From Verrucomicrobiia bacterium (lineage in GTDB: Bacteria; Verrucomicrobiota; Verrucomicrobiia; Limisphaerales; JADJPG01), in the NCBI GenBank assembly GCA_035577805.1, contig DATLUX010000292.1, forward strand, positions 502 through 64,501: DNA of 64,000 nucleotides, in the 5' to 3' direction. Below the pieces are notes generated by a model. That model was given only the letters and a program-made list of their open reading frames with translations. It was not told the origin of the DNA and did not search any database. Shown one piece after another: positions 11,178 through 20,990 of the stretch. Position numbers and translations under genes: made by a program. Every line of letters starts with the position of its first letter. Position 1 is the stretch's first letter.

Positions 11178-11912
11178 TCACTCAATCGGGCGTGTGCCAG
11201 TGCAATCCGGATAGGCTGAACAGCCCCAGAATGATTGCCCGGCTCTGCGACCGACCCGGGCGGTGCGCCGGATCATGGGCCTGCTGCAGTGTGGGCAGAG
11301 AGGCGCCGGAGGCTCTGCTTTGGACCGTTGCTGAGTGCGGGCGGCGTGCAGCTTCTCAGTGAACCCGCCGTGTTCAAGGAATTGTTTCTCCAGGCTTTCC
11401 AGTTGGCGCCGGAGCAGATAGGTGGCCTGGTTGATTAGACAAATGAGGGTGTTCGCGGCGGTCACGGGGGAAGCGGCGCGGATCGAAAATGGATCGGTAT
11501 CGCTGGCCACGATGCCGCGTTGGCGGCGCACCGCCAAGGCCTCGGGGGAGTCCTTGTCCCACACGGGAAGCCGGCGATGACGCAGGAAATCGATGTAATC
11601 TTTGAGCAGTTCCTCCAGACTCGCTTGGGCGATCCCCGTGAGCTTGAATTCGATTTTCTTGGAAGTGCCGGACGCCACGCTGCCTTCGGCGATGTTGCGC
11701 ACACCGCTGCGGGCGGCCTGAACCATCTGGTCGTGGGTGCGCGAACGTTTATCGATAAAATGATCGCAGAAAATGACTGTGCAATCGTAGATCAATTGCG
11801 CGGTCTGGTAGCTGCGGAGTTTGGCGTAGCCGCCGTGCTTGGGGATGAGGGGGTCAGACCGGTCCGACGAGTCAGACCGGTCCGACGAGTCGGACGAATC
11901 CTGTCGCTTCAT
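11178..11912 (-). CDS. Four-helix-bundle protein (TIGR02436 / 23S rRNA IVS protein / Avd-like family) fused to a C-terminal topoisomerase-type C4 zinc ribbon
   Basis: The protein is 244 aa. The N-terminus has a low-complexity SDSSDRSDSSDRSD run encoded by an 18-bp DNA tandem repeat. The core LRSYQTAQLIYDCTVIFCDHF...RNIAEGS matches the four-helix-bundle family. The C-terminus CPHCSRPMIRRTARVGRRAGQSFWGCSAYPDCTGTRP is a zf-C4_Topoisom-type motif. Confidence 0.75.
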   Translation of the reverse strand: MKRQDSSDSSDRSDSSDRSDPLIPKHGGYAKLRSYQTAQLIYDCTVIFCDHFIDKRSRTHDQMVQAARSGVRNIAEGSVASGTSKKIEFKLTGIAQASLEELLKDYIDFLRHRRLPVWDKDSPEALAVRRQRGIVASDTDPFSIRAASPVTAANTLICLINQATYLLRRQLESLEKQFLEHGGFTEKLHAARTQQRSKAEPPAPLCPHCSRPMIRRTARVGRRAGQSFWGCSAYPDCTGTRPIE

Positions 11913-12008
11913 ATGCAGGGTCTACTTCCTTTAGTCCTAAGACTGCCCCGAGCATAACCGCTTTGAAACTTTCTTGCACCCAAAAACTGAATCCGGCTTG
12001 ATTGCGTC

Positions 12009-12902
12009 ATGAGTTCCCGCGCTGCCCAAGAGTATCGTTACGAGAAACTGACCTGGCCCGAGATCAACGATGCGATCGAATTGGGCAAAGTCTGCATCGT
12101 GCCGTGCGGCGCGGTGGAACAACACGGGCCGCATCTGCCGCTCGATGTCGACATGGTGTGTCCGTCCGGGATCGCGCGCGGTGCCGGCCAACTGCAGCCC
12201 GACCAGATCCTGGTGTTACCCACGGTCTGCTACGGATACACCGGACACGTGATGGATTTTCCCGGCACGATCAACAATCATTTCGAACATTTCATCGCGC
12301 ACGTTCTGGATATCACCAAGTCGCTGGCCTATCACGGCTTCAAGAAGATCATTCTGTTGAACGGGCACGGATCGAACATGCCTAACCTCGATCTGGTCGC
12401 GCGCCGCACTAATCTGGAGACCGATGCCGAATGCGTGCTGGCCGCGTGGTGGAACCTTCTCACGGTCGACAAGGAATTCCTGCCTCGCTGGCGGGAAAGC
12501 AAGTTCCCTGGCGGCTGCGCGCATGCCTGCGAGCTGGAGACCTCGCTTTATCTTTACCTGGACGGTGAGCATGTGCGCAACGATCTCATCGAGAATGGGA
12601 CCATCTCCTTCAACGAGGAGAACAGCCCATTTAACTGGGTCGATTTGTTTGCCGCTGGGCCGGCCACGTTGATCTCCTGGACCAGCAGCTATTCGGAGAC
12701 GGGCGTGCTGGGCGAAGCCAAGCTGGCCACGGCCGAAAAAGGTCGCCTGGCCTATGAGGAGGCCGTCAAGCAACTCGTCCGGTTCGTGAAGTATTTTCAT
12801 GGACGTCCGTTGGACCTCCGCCGGGATCGGCATCGGCGGGCTCCGACCATGCCGATGCCCTGGAATCAGCGCAGCACCAGCCCACCGTCCCGAAGCCCGT
12901 AA
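12009..12902 (+). CDS. Creatininase-family amidohydrolase
   Basis: The protein is 297 aa. It has CGAVEQHGPHLPLDVD and LLNGHGSN, the metal-binding motifs of the creatininase family. Its TAATG stop overlaps the next start. Confidence 0.8.
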   Translation: MSSRAAQEYRYEKLTWPEINDAIELGKVCIVPCGAVEQHGPHLPLDVDMVCPSGIARGAGQLQPDQILVLPTVCYGYTGHVMDFPGTINNHFEHFIAHVLDITKSLAYHGFKKIILLNGHGSNMPNLDLVARRTNLETDAECVLAAWWNLLTVDKEFLPRWRESKFPGGCAHACELETSLYLYLDGEHVRNDLIENGTISFNEENSPFNWVDLFAAGPATLISWTSSYSETGVLGEAKLATAEKGRLAYEEAVKQLVRFVKYFHGRPLDLRRDRHRRAPTMPMPWNQRSTSPPSRSP

Positions 12903-14284
12903 TGAATGCTTCCCAAGCGCCCGACGCCTCAGGCATACTCCCGGGAGCCATGAGCAGGCTGACGCATAATTGCGCGGGAATGGCGCGACGTGATTTTCTG
13001 CAGATCGGAATGGGCGGCGTTCTCGGGCTGGGTTTTTCGGATCTGCTGCGGTTGCGGGCGAACGCAGCGGGCACACCGATCGGGCAAGGGCCGCCGGTGA
13101 ACTGCATTCTGATTTGGCTGGATGGCGGACCCTCGCACTATGAATCGTTCGATCCCAAACCGGATGCGCCCTCAGAGATCCGCGGTGAATTCAAAGCCAT
13201 CCCGACCTCGGCTCCCGGCGTGCAATTCTGCGAAATGGTGCCCGAATTGGCAAAGGTGGCCCACAAGCTGACCATCGTCCGGTCCATTTGCCACAAGGAC
13301 CCCAACCATGGCGGAGGCAACCATTACATGATGACCGGGGCGCCCACGCCGGTGCCGGTGGCGTGCGGGGCTTTTGTCACGTTCCATCCGTCGTTCGGTT
13401 CGGTGGTGTCCTATCATCGCGGGATGCGCGATGGATTGCCGGGGTATGTTTCCATGCCGCAGGTTTCGCGCAGCGGCGGGCCGAACTTTTTGGGAGGCAA
13501 ACACGCGCCGTTTGTGATCGACGGTTATCCGAACAGCGACAGCTTCAAGGTGCGTGACGTTGTTTTGCCGGCGGAAATCAGCGAGGGACGCGCCGCCTCG
13601 CGCCGGGATTTGCGCGGCACGTTGGATCGGATGAAGCGTTACGCCGATCGGCTGGCGGAAGATCCGGCGGTTTCCTTTGACCAATATTATCAACAAGGCG
13701 TGGATCTGGTCTTATCGCCCAAGGCCCAGGCGGCTTTCGACATTCAGCGCGAAGATCAGAAGGTCCGCGAGGCTTATGGCCGGAATGATTTTGGCCAGCG
13801 CCTGTTGTTGGCGCGCCGTTTGGTGGAGGTGGGAGTCTCCTGGGTCACGGTCTATAACGGTGGCTGGGATCATCACACCAAGATTTTCACGGCGTTCAAA
13901 GGCAGCCAGGGGAAACAAATGGATCAAGGGATGGCCGCGCTCATCTCGGATTTGGATCAACGCGGGTTGCTCGAGCGGACGCTGGTGATCCTGCTGGGCG
14001 AATTCGGGCGCACGCCCAAAGTGAACAAGGACGCCGGCCGCGATCATTGGCCACACGCGATGTCGATCTTGATGGCCGGAGGCGGCATTCCTGGCGGGCA
14101 GGTGGTGGGCGCCACCGATGCCAAAGGTTATTACGCGTCCGAGAACGTTTATCGGCCGGAAGATTTCGCCGCGTCGCTTTATACCAAGATGGGGATTGAT
14201 CCGGCGCAGGTGTTGCATACCAACACGGGCCGTCCGGTGCAATTGGTCAATAACGGTCGCTTGATCAAGGAACTGTTTGTCTAG
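12902..14284 (+). CDS. DUF1501 (sulfatase-like fold) protein with a Tat signal
   Basis: MARRDFLQIGMGG is a twin-arginine motif, so the true start may be Met17 or Met27 of the track ORF. GGPSHYESFDPKP, DHHT and GRDHWP are DUF1501 hallmarks. Confidence 0.85.
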   Translation: MNASQAPDASGILPGAMSRLTHNCAGMARRDFLQIGMGGVLGLGFSDLLRLRANAAGTPIGQGPPVNCILIWLDGGPSHYESFDPKPDAPSEIRGEFKAIPTSAPGVQFCEMVPELAKVAHKLTIVRSICHKDPNHGGGNHYMMTGAPTPVPVACGAFVTFHPSFGSVVSYHRGMRDGLPGYVSMPQVSRSGGPNFLGGKHAPFVIDGYPNSDSFKVRDVVLPAEISEGRAASRRDLRGTLDRMKRYADRLAEDPAVSFDQYYQQGVDLVLSPKAQAAFDIQREDQKVREAYGRNDFGQRLLLARRLVEVGVSWVTVYNGGWDHHTKIFTAFKGSQGKQMDQGMAALISDLDQRGLLERTLVILLGEFGRTPKVNKDAGRDHWPHAMSILMAGGGIPGGQVVGATDAKGYYASENVYRPEDFAASLYTKMGIDPAQVLHTNTGRPVQLVNNGRLIKELFV

Positions 14285-16094
14285 CAAACTGGGTCCCAGA
14301 CCGAACCCTGGCTTCATTCTGGTCATGAGCGATCAGCACCCGCTCCGTTCCCGCCTTGGTTTGCGGCTTGTTCCTGTTCTAATCATCCTGAGCCTGACAA
14401 GTCTGGGCCGCTGGCCTGCCGCCCAAGCCGCTGCGCCGACCTTCGATCATTTATTTCCCGTGGCGTTTCAGGCCGGCACCACCGGCGCGGTGACGGCGAT
14501 CGGCAAATTCGATCCGTGGCCTCCGCAAGTTTGGCTGGACGCACCTGGAATCACCTTCCGCGCCGCGACCAACACGGGCCGGTTCACGGTGGAGGTCAGC
14601 GCCGCCGCGCCCATCGGGCCACATTTGGCGCGACTCTATAACGAGGAGGGCGCGAGCGGCCCGCGCTTTATCGTGGTGACCAGCGAGCCGCAACTGGCCG
14701 AGCAAGAGCCGAACGATGATTTCAACAAACCGCAGGCGATCGAGATCATGCCCGCTTCGATCAACGGGCGGCTGGAAAAGGCGGGGGACGTGGATTCGTT
14801 TCAGGTCTGGCTGGAGACGGGACAAAGTCTGGTGGCCTGGCTGGAGGCGTATGTGCTGGCGTCACCGATCGACGCGGTCCTGCGGGTGATCGATACGGAA
14901 GGCCGGCAACTGGGTTTGAACCATGATGATGGCCGCACACTCGATCCGTTTCTGGCCTACACGGCGGTCAAGGCCGGGTTCTATACGGTGCAGGTGTTCG
15001 GATTCGCTTATCCGGCCGGCTCAGACGTGCGTTTCGCCGGCAGCCCCAGCAGCATCTATCGTCTCCACCTGTTCCGCGGACCTTATGTGCATTACACCTT
15101 GCCCTTGGGCGTCAGTCGCGGTCGCGCGACTGAGCTGCAATTAGTGGGTTGGAATTTGGGTTCCGCTTCGCAGGCACGCACCTTCGATGGGATGGGGCTG
15201 GATCGCGACTGTCGTCAGACCACTTGGTGGCCGGAGAAGATCGAGAACGCGATCCTGCTGCCTGTTGGCGACGGGCCTGAGGAACTGGAACAGGAGCCCA
15301 ATGATGAAATCGGTCAGGCCCGGTTATTGTCGGTTCCCGGGGCGGTCACCGGCCGGATCAACCGCCCTGGCGACGTGGATCGCTACCGGCTCAGCGTCAA
15401 GAAAGGCGAAGAACTGCGGTTCGAAGTGCAATCGGCTGCGCTCGGCTTTCCGCTCGATGCCTGGCTGCGCGTGGAAGATCAGGACGGAAAAGAGTTGAAG
15501 AAAGGGGATGATGCCGGAGGCGCTGACCCCAGGCTGGACTGGAGCGCGCCGGCGGACGGCAACTTCCTGCTGGCGGTGGGCAATGTGCTGCATCGCGGGG
15601 GCCAGGAGTACGTCTACCGGCTGAAGGTGGAGCGACCGGTTCCAACCGTGCGGGCGCGCTTGGGAGCGAACGTTCTGGTGATCGAGGCCGGCAAAACCAA
15701 CGAGATTAAACTCAACGTCAAGTTCACCTACGGGGCCAAGGGCAAATTCATCGCGAGCACGCGTGGAGTACCACCGGACGTCCAGGCCGCTCCGGTCGAG
15801 GTGCCCGAGAAAGGCGGGGAGCTGACCTTGAAGATAGCGGCGGCTCCGGACGCCAAAAGTTTCAGCGGCCCGATCCAGATGGCTGTGCGCGATCAAGAAA
15901 GCGGCCAGGAACACCGCGTGCTTTCCGATCTGATCGCCACCGGTGCCGACAACGGTGTGCCCAACGGATTCAACCGCCTCTTGATCGAATCGGTCGATCA
16001 CTTGTGGTTAACCGTGCGCGCGGCGAAGGCGGGGACAACCAACGCCGCGGTCAGCGCCGGTCCGCCGCCGAAGACCAGGTTGGCCGGACCCTGA
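14277..16094 (+). CDS. Secreted protein with two bacterial pre-peptidase C-terminal (PPC) domains
   Basis: Two copies of the PPC signature are present: EPNDDFNKPQAIEIMPASINGRLEKAGDVDSFQV and EPNDEIGQARLLSVPGAVTGRINRPGDVDRYRL. There is a signal peptide. The start may be the internal Met at about 14325. Confidence 0.7.
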   Translation: MSSKLGPRPNPGFILVMSDQHPLRSRLGLRLVPVLIILSLTSLGRWPAAQAAAPTFDHLFPVAFQAGTTGAVTAIGKFDPWPPQVWLDAPGITFRAATNTGRFTVEVSAAAPIGPHLARLYNEEGASGPRFIVVTSEPQLAEQEPNDDFNKPQAIEIMPASINGRLEKAGDVDSFQVWLETGQSLVAWLEAYVLASPIDAVLRVIDTEGRQLGLNHDDGRTLDPFLAYTAVKAGFYTVQVFGFAYPAGSDVRFAGSPSSIYRLHLFRGPYVHYTLPLGVSRGRATELQLVGWNLGSASQARTFDGMGLDRDCRQTTWWPEKIENAILLPVGDGPEELEQEPNDEIGQARLLSVPGAVTGRINRPGDVDRYRLSVKKGEELRFEVQSAALGFPLDAWLRVEDQDGKELKKGDDAGGADPRLDWSAPADGNFLLAVGNVLHRGGQEYVYRLKVERPVPTVRARLGANVLVIEAGKTNEIKLNVKFTYGAKGKFIASTRGVPPDVQAAPVEVPEKGGELTLKIAAAPDAKSFSGPIQMAVRDQESGQEHRVLSDLIATGADNGVPNGFNRLLIESVDHLWLTVRAAKAGTTNAAVSAGPPPKTRLAGP

Positions 16095-16113
16095 CGAGGT
16101 CTGGCGGCGCCGC

Positions 16114-17592
16114 TTAGGCGAACAATTCATGCACCGGCTGGGCGCCTTCGAAGCCGGTGAGCCGCTGGTCGAGGCCTTGAAAGCGGTACGTCAAATGTTC
16201 GTGATCCAGGCCGAGGGCCGCCAGGATGGTGGCATGGAAATCACGCACATGCACCTTGTTCACCGCCGCTTTAAATCCGATCTCGTCGGTTTCCCCATAA
16301 TGAGAACCGCCCCGCGCGCCGCCGCCCGCCAGCCAGACCGTAAACGCGTGCGGATTATGATCGCGACCGGGTTTGTCTCCCTTTTGGGAAACCGGCAGGC
16401 GCCCGAATTCGCCCCCCCAGATGACCAGGGTCTCGCCCAGTAACCCGCGGCTCTGTAGATCCTCGAGCAACGCCGCGACGGGCTGATCGGTCTCCAGGGC
16501 GAACCCGCGGTGATTGCCGATCAAATCGGCATGGCAATCCCAGCTGAGCTGGTTTTCCATGCCGCCGGAGTAAATCTGCACAAAGCGCACGCCGCGTTCG
16601 ACGAGGCGCCGGGCCATGAGACATTGGGTGGCGAAATGGGCGCAATGTTTTTGGTCCAGGCCGTAGAGGCGGCGCGTTGCTTCGGATTCGCGGGTGACAT
16701 CGAACGCCTCCGGCGCCGCCGTCTGCATGCGATAAGCCAGCTCAAAGCTCTGAATGCGGGCGTTCAACTCGTTTTCGGCGGCGCTGTGCTGGGAGTGTTG
16801 TTGGTTGAACCGGGCCAATAGATCCAGCTGCGCGCGTTGCCGCTGATCAGTCAGAGCCGGCGGCCGCTTCAGGTTGTCGATCGGTTCACCTTGTGGCCGC
16901 AGCCAGGTGCCCTGGAAAACGCCAGGAAGAAAGCCCGCTCCCCAATTGTTGGCATTGCCCTTGGGCAGACCACGGTTCAAGGGGTCGCTCATGACCACAA
17001 AAGCCGGCAGGTTCGCGCTCTCGGAGCCGAGGCCATAGGTGGCCCAGGATCCAACGCACGGAAACCCCATCCGCGTTACCCCGGTGTTCATCATGAACAA
17101 GGCCGGGCTATGGTTGTTGGACTGGGTCCAGCAGGAATGAATGAACGCCATCTTGTCCACCTGCCGCGACAATTGCGGAAACAAATCGCTGACCCACGTC
17201 CCGCTTTGGCCATGCTGCCGCCATTGGAACGGCGATTTCATGAGCGGCCCAACTGCGTCCTGAAAGAATCCGGTCTTGTTATCGAAGCCTTCGAGCTTCT
17301 GACCATCGCGTTTGGCCAGCGCCGGTTTGTAATCCCAGGTATCGACCTGACTCGGCCCGCCATTGGCGAAAATCCAAATCACGGCCTTGGCCCGAGCGGG
17401 GACATGCGAACGTTTAGGGGCCAGAGGCAACAACGCAGTCGCGCTGGCGGCGCTGGTGGCGTGCAGCAACCGGGACGGCTGGAGCAAAGTGCTCAGCGCG
17501 ATCCAACCCAGCCCGCCACCCGCGCGGCGCAACAGTTCGCGCCGGCTCAGAGCGAGCCCGTGCTGACGGCGAGCAAACATCGTCGAGTCCAT
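16114..17592 (-). CDS. DUF1501 protein with a Tat signal
   Basis: The protein is 492 aa. It has SRRELLRRAGGGLGW (Tat), ANGGPSQVDTWDYKP and GRDHNPH. Confidence 0.85.
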   Translation of the reverse strand: MDSTMFARRQHGLALSRRELLRRAGGGLGWIALSTLLQPSRLLHATSAASATALLPLAPKRSHVPARAKAVIWIFANGGPSQVDTWDYKPALAKRDGQKLEGFDNKTGFFQDAVGPLMKSPFQWRQHGQSGTWVSDLFPQLSRQVDKMAFIHSCWTQSNNHSPALFMMNTGVTRMGFPCVGSWATYGLGSESANLPAFVVMSDPLNRGLPKGNANNWGAGFLPGVFQGTWLRPQGEPIDNLKRPPALTDQRQRAQLDLLARFNQQHSQHSAAENELNARIQSFELAYRMQTAAPEAFDVTRESEATRRLYGLDQKHCAHFATQCLMARRLVERGVRFVQIYSGGMENQLSWDCHADLIGNHRGFALETDQPVAALLEDLQSRGLLGETLVIWGGEFGRLPVSQKGDKPGRDHNPHAFTVWLAGGGARGGSHYGETDEIGFKAAVNKVHVRDFHATILAALGLDHEHLTYRFQGLDQRLTGFEGAQPVHELFA

Positions 17593-17619
17593 TTAATGAT
17601 TCAAATATCCCAAGGCGGT

Positions 17620-20600
17620 TTAGTTTTCGTAAGCAAATTCATTCAGGCCAAACAGCACCTGACAATAATCGGCCAGGGCCAGCCGGGCGGCGTTAGCGGA
17701 AGCGTCCTGTTGATAACTGGCCTCCTGGGCCGCCAGAAACGCCAGCGCGTCGCGGCTTTCCTCCGCCGTCGGCATCCGGCCCAACGCCAAAAGCATGGCT
17801 CGCTGCACGCGAGCGGTGGCGGTAAGCGGCGCAGGTGTTTCGCGCCACACCCTTTGGGCGAATGCCTCGGCCCACTCGCGCACCGCGGCGGCGTTGAGCA
17901 GAAACAACGCCTGCGGCGCCACGGTGGTGACCGGACGCGCGCCCTGGCTCACCAACGGCTCAGGTTGATCAAAGGCCACCATCGACCCGATCAGTTCGCT
18001 GCGTTTGATTGTGAAATAAACGCTGCGGCGTCGGCTGCGTTCGTCCCGCGTCCCTTTTCCAAACATCCTCCGATCCAGCTGGCCGGAGACGGCCAGGAGG
18101 CTGTCCCGCAGGGCCTCGCCCTCCAGCCGCCGGGGGATTCGCCGGGCGAAAAATTGATTGGCGGGGTCAGTCTGTTCGCGGGCGGCGTCCGGGGCGGCCG
18201 ACTGCTGGTAGGTGGCGCTGGTCATGAGCAATTGTTGGACGCGCTTCAGTTTCCAGCCCCCGCGAATAAGCTCTGCGGCCAGCCAATCGAGCAATTCCGG
18301 ATGGATGGGGAGCGCGCCGGTGTGCCCGAAGTCGCTGGGCGTCGTGACCAGGCCCTGGCCAAAATGATGTTGCCACAAACGATTGACCGCCACGCGCGCC
18401 AGCAAGGCGCCTGCGCCGTTCTCCGGGTCGGTCATCCAATTCGCCAAAGCCCGGCGGCGCCCGGAGTATTTGGCGCCGGCGGGTGGCGTCCAACTCCAGC
18501 GGCTGATGGTGCCGGCAGCCGGCATCAGCACCTGAAGAAAACTTTGCTCGGCCACGCCGTTTTTCAGGTCCGCATTGCCCCGCTTCAGCACATACGTCTC
18601 TTGGAAAAAGTCCGCGCCCTGCGTGTGCATCCGCAAGGGTGGATAACCTTCGGCGCAGACCAACACTTTGGTGCGGGCGTCGGGTTTTTTGGCGGTATGC
18701 GTTTCGAGGGCCGCGCGACGTTCGCGCCATCCCGCATCGCGGGTTTTCCACCAGTCGAACAGGTTACTTCGCTCCTTTTCGGAAAGTCGGCTGCCATGAC
18801 CAGGCTGGCTGACTTCGCGCCAGAGGCCGGCGATGGAGCCGGGCAGGACGTCTCCTTCCAACGCTGGCGATGGTTCGGTGCTGATCGCCAAACGAAGCCG
18901 GCCGATGTTATGGCGGGTGTTGACGTGGAACTCGAGACGCCCCTGCAACCTGTCCCCGGCGTGGAACGGGACCGGTTCCGCAAAGGTGAACACGGCGCTG
19001 TGATCTTTGCCAAATTGCGGATCAACGGCCCAGCCGCTCTTGGGATTGTCATCCAGAGCCGCCGCGATGGACAGGTGCTCGTGATTCTGTTCGAAATCCG
19101 CCACCGCCTTGGCCAGGCGCACTTCCTGCGTGCCGCCGCCTGCGCCCGCCACCGCATAGACGCGGATGCGGCTCAATCCGATGTTGCCGTTGTCGGCGCG
19201 GCCCGGGCCGTTTTTCTTGAGCGACGGATCGGCCAGGGCGTCGAGACGCAGGCCACTGAGGAGCATGGCGTTGGTCGACAGCACGGCCGGCGCGGCCATG
19301 AAAGTGTAATCGTCTTGATCGCCGTTTTTGCCTTCGGCCAGATAGGAGCCATCGTCCAGGCGTTTGAATTGGGCCCCGGCGCTGGAGACCAGACTGGTGG
19401 CTTCAAGCAGAGTCCAGGTGGCAGGGCCTGACATCGGAGGAGCTCCCTCTTTGAGCCACGCGCCAAAGCTCGGCTGCAAGTGTTCTTCGTAACGTTGCAG
19501 GGCGGCCTGGAGCGGTTTCAGTCCGGCTTCCCACTGGCGGGTTTGTTCCTGAGTCGCCTCCGGGTTTACATCGAGGTCAATCACACTGCGGGTGGTGGTG
19601 GTGAAGGTGCTGAGAAGCCGATAGTAATCGAGGCTGGGAATGGGATCGAACTTGTGATCATGGCACCGGGCGCAACCGATGCTCAGCCCAAGCAACGCGG
19701 ACCCCGTGGTGGAGAGCATGTCGTCCAGGGCATCGTAGCGCGTGCGTTCAACCTCATTGGCGGTGATCTGAGTGGGGAATACGCCCGCGCCCAGGAAGCC
19801 GGTGGCAGCCAAGGCCAACGCATTATCCGGGTCAAACTCGTCTCCGGCCAATTGCCAGCGCACAAACTGATCGTAGGGCAGATCCGAATTGAACGCTTTG
19901 ATCACGAAATCGCGGTAATGGAATGCTCCTTCGCGATCATAATCGTGCTCGAAACCCGAACTCTCTGCGAAACGGGCCAGGTCCAGCCAATGCCGAGCCC
20001 AGCGTTCCCCATACTGCGGCAAGGCCAGGAGTCGTTCGAGCAGGCGAGGCCAGGCATCAGGGGAACGGTCCGCCAGAAAATCGTCAATCGCCTCGGGCGG
20101 CGGCGGCAGCCCGAGCAGGTCGAGATAAGCGCGCCGAACCAGCGTGCGTCGGTCGGCCGGTGGCGCCAGCTCGAGATGATTGGTGGCGGCTTGGGCGGCA
20201 ATGAAGGAATCGATGGGATGGCCCGGGCCGGCGCCCTTCCCGCTGCCGCCTGCGCCTACAGGCGGACGGACCTCCTTGAGCGGGCGAAACGACCACCATT
20301 GGCGATCCGCGGCGGTTACCACGGACCTGTCTCGCGCCGTCGCCGGTTCACCCACCAACGGCCGCTCGTACGGGGCCCCATCGTTGATCCACGAAATCAC
20401 CCGGGCAATCTGGTCGGGGGTCAACGCAGGCTTCTTCTCCGGCATGTAAGGTTCCTCGGCGTGTTGAATGAGCCTGACCAAGCGGCTGGCCGCAGCCTGG
20501 AAAGGGATGACCGCCGAGCCGTCATCGCCACCTTTCAGCAAGCTTTCACGCGTGGCCAGGTTAAATCCGCCCTTGGTCTTCTCGCCGCCGTGACACGGCA

Positions 20601-20823
20601 GGCATTGCTCGTTCAACAGCCCGCGAATCGCGCTCCGGAAGGTGTCCAGCCCGCGGGCAAGGCGTTCTGCATGGTCGGCCGGCACGGGAACGCCCGCCTG
20701 TTCGGCGGCCGCGCCCTGCCAGCCGGCCCCCGCCAGACCCAGCCCAAGCAGCAGCATGCAGACGGTTCCACCCGCGTGTCCACGGGACCGGCGTAAGCTC
20801 AGTGCTGCCATCCAGCTCAGCAT
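17620..20823 (-). CDS. PSCyt2-DUF1549-DUF1553 family protein
   Basis: The track ORF extends to 21006. The signal-peptide Met (MLSWMAALSL...) is at 20823..20821. The motifs are [42 protein letters not shown] and CARCHDHKFDPIPSLDYYRLL. Confidence 0.85.
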   Translation of the reverse strand: MLSWMAALSLRRSRGHAGGTVCMLLLGLGLAGAGWQGAAAEQAGVPVPADHAERLARGLDTFRSAIRGLLNEQCLPCHGGEKTKGGFNLATRESLLKGGDDGSAVIPFQAAASRLVRLIQHAEEPYMPEKKPALTPDQIARVISWINDGAPYERPLVGEPATARDRSVVTAADRQWWSFRPLKEVRPPVGAGGSGKGAGPGHPIDSFIAAQAATNHLELAPPADRRTLVRRAYLDLLGLPPPPEAIDDFLADRSPDAWPRLLERLLALPQYGERWARHWLDLARFAESSGFEHDYDREGAFHYRDFVIKAFNSDLPYDQFVRWQLAGDEFDPDNALALAATGFLGAGVFPTQITANEVERTRYDALDDMLSTTGSALLGLSIGCARCHDHKFDPIPSLDYYRLLSTFTTTTRSVIDLDVNPEATQEQTRQWEAGLKPLQAALQRYEEHLQPSFGAWLKEGAPPMSGPATWTLLEATSLVSSAGAQFKRLDDGSYLAEGKNGDQDDYTFMAAPAVLSTNAMLLSGLRLDALADPSLKKNGPGRADNGNIGLSRIRVYAVAGAGGGTQEVRLAKAVADFEQNHEHLSIAAALDDNPKSGWAVDPQFGKDHSAVFTFAEPVPFHAGDRLQGRLEFHVNTRHNIGRLRLAISTEPSPALEGDVLPGSIAGLWREVSQPGHGSRLSEKERSNLFDWWKTRDAGWRERRAALETHTAKKPDARTKVLVCAEGYPPLRMHTQGADFFQETYVLKRGNADLKNGVAEQSFLQVLMPAAGTISRWSWTPPAGAKYSGRRRALANWMTDPENGAGALLARVAVNRLWQHHFGQGLVTTPSDFGHTGALPIHPELLDWLAAELIRGGWKLKRVQQLLMTSATYQQSAAPDAAREQTDPANQFFARRIPRRLEGEALRDSLLAVSGQLDRRMFGKGTRDERSRRRSVYFTIKRSELIGSMVAFDQPEPLVSQGARPVTTVAPQALFLLNAAAVREWAEAFAQRVWRETPAPLTATARVQRAMLLALGRMPTAEESRDALAFLAAQEASYQQDASANAARLALADYCQVLFGLNEFAYEN

Positions 20824-20990
20824 GATCCGCCCGACGACGGCGGGCAAGCCTGTCCTGCGCGCGGCCCCGCAAGCCAGGCACTCGGGGAATCCCCTAGAGC
20901 CGGGCCGCACTTTCTCGGGAACGATGTTCCGTGGAAAACATCGCGCGCGGAGATTGAATGCGGGCCGGCGTGTGGCACTGATCACATACG

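Noticed and set aside
16837-19431. 864-aa + strand ORF
   Set aside because: It is antisense to the DUF1501 and PSCyt2-DUF1553 genes. The translation is Arg/Gly/Pro/Ala-rich with no motifs, which is a typical high-GC shadow ORF.
19480-20796. 438-aa + strand ORF
   Set aside because: It is antisense to the PSCyt2-DUF1549-DUF1553 gene, which carries clear family motifs. The composition is low-complexity.
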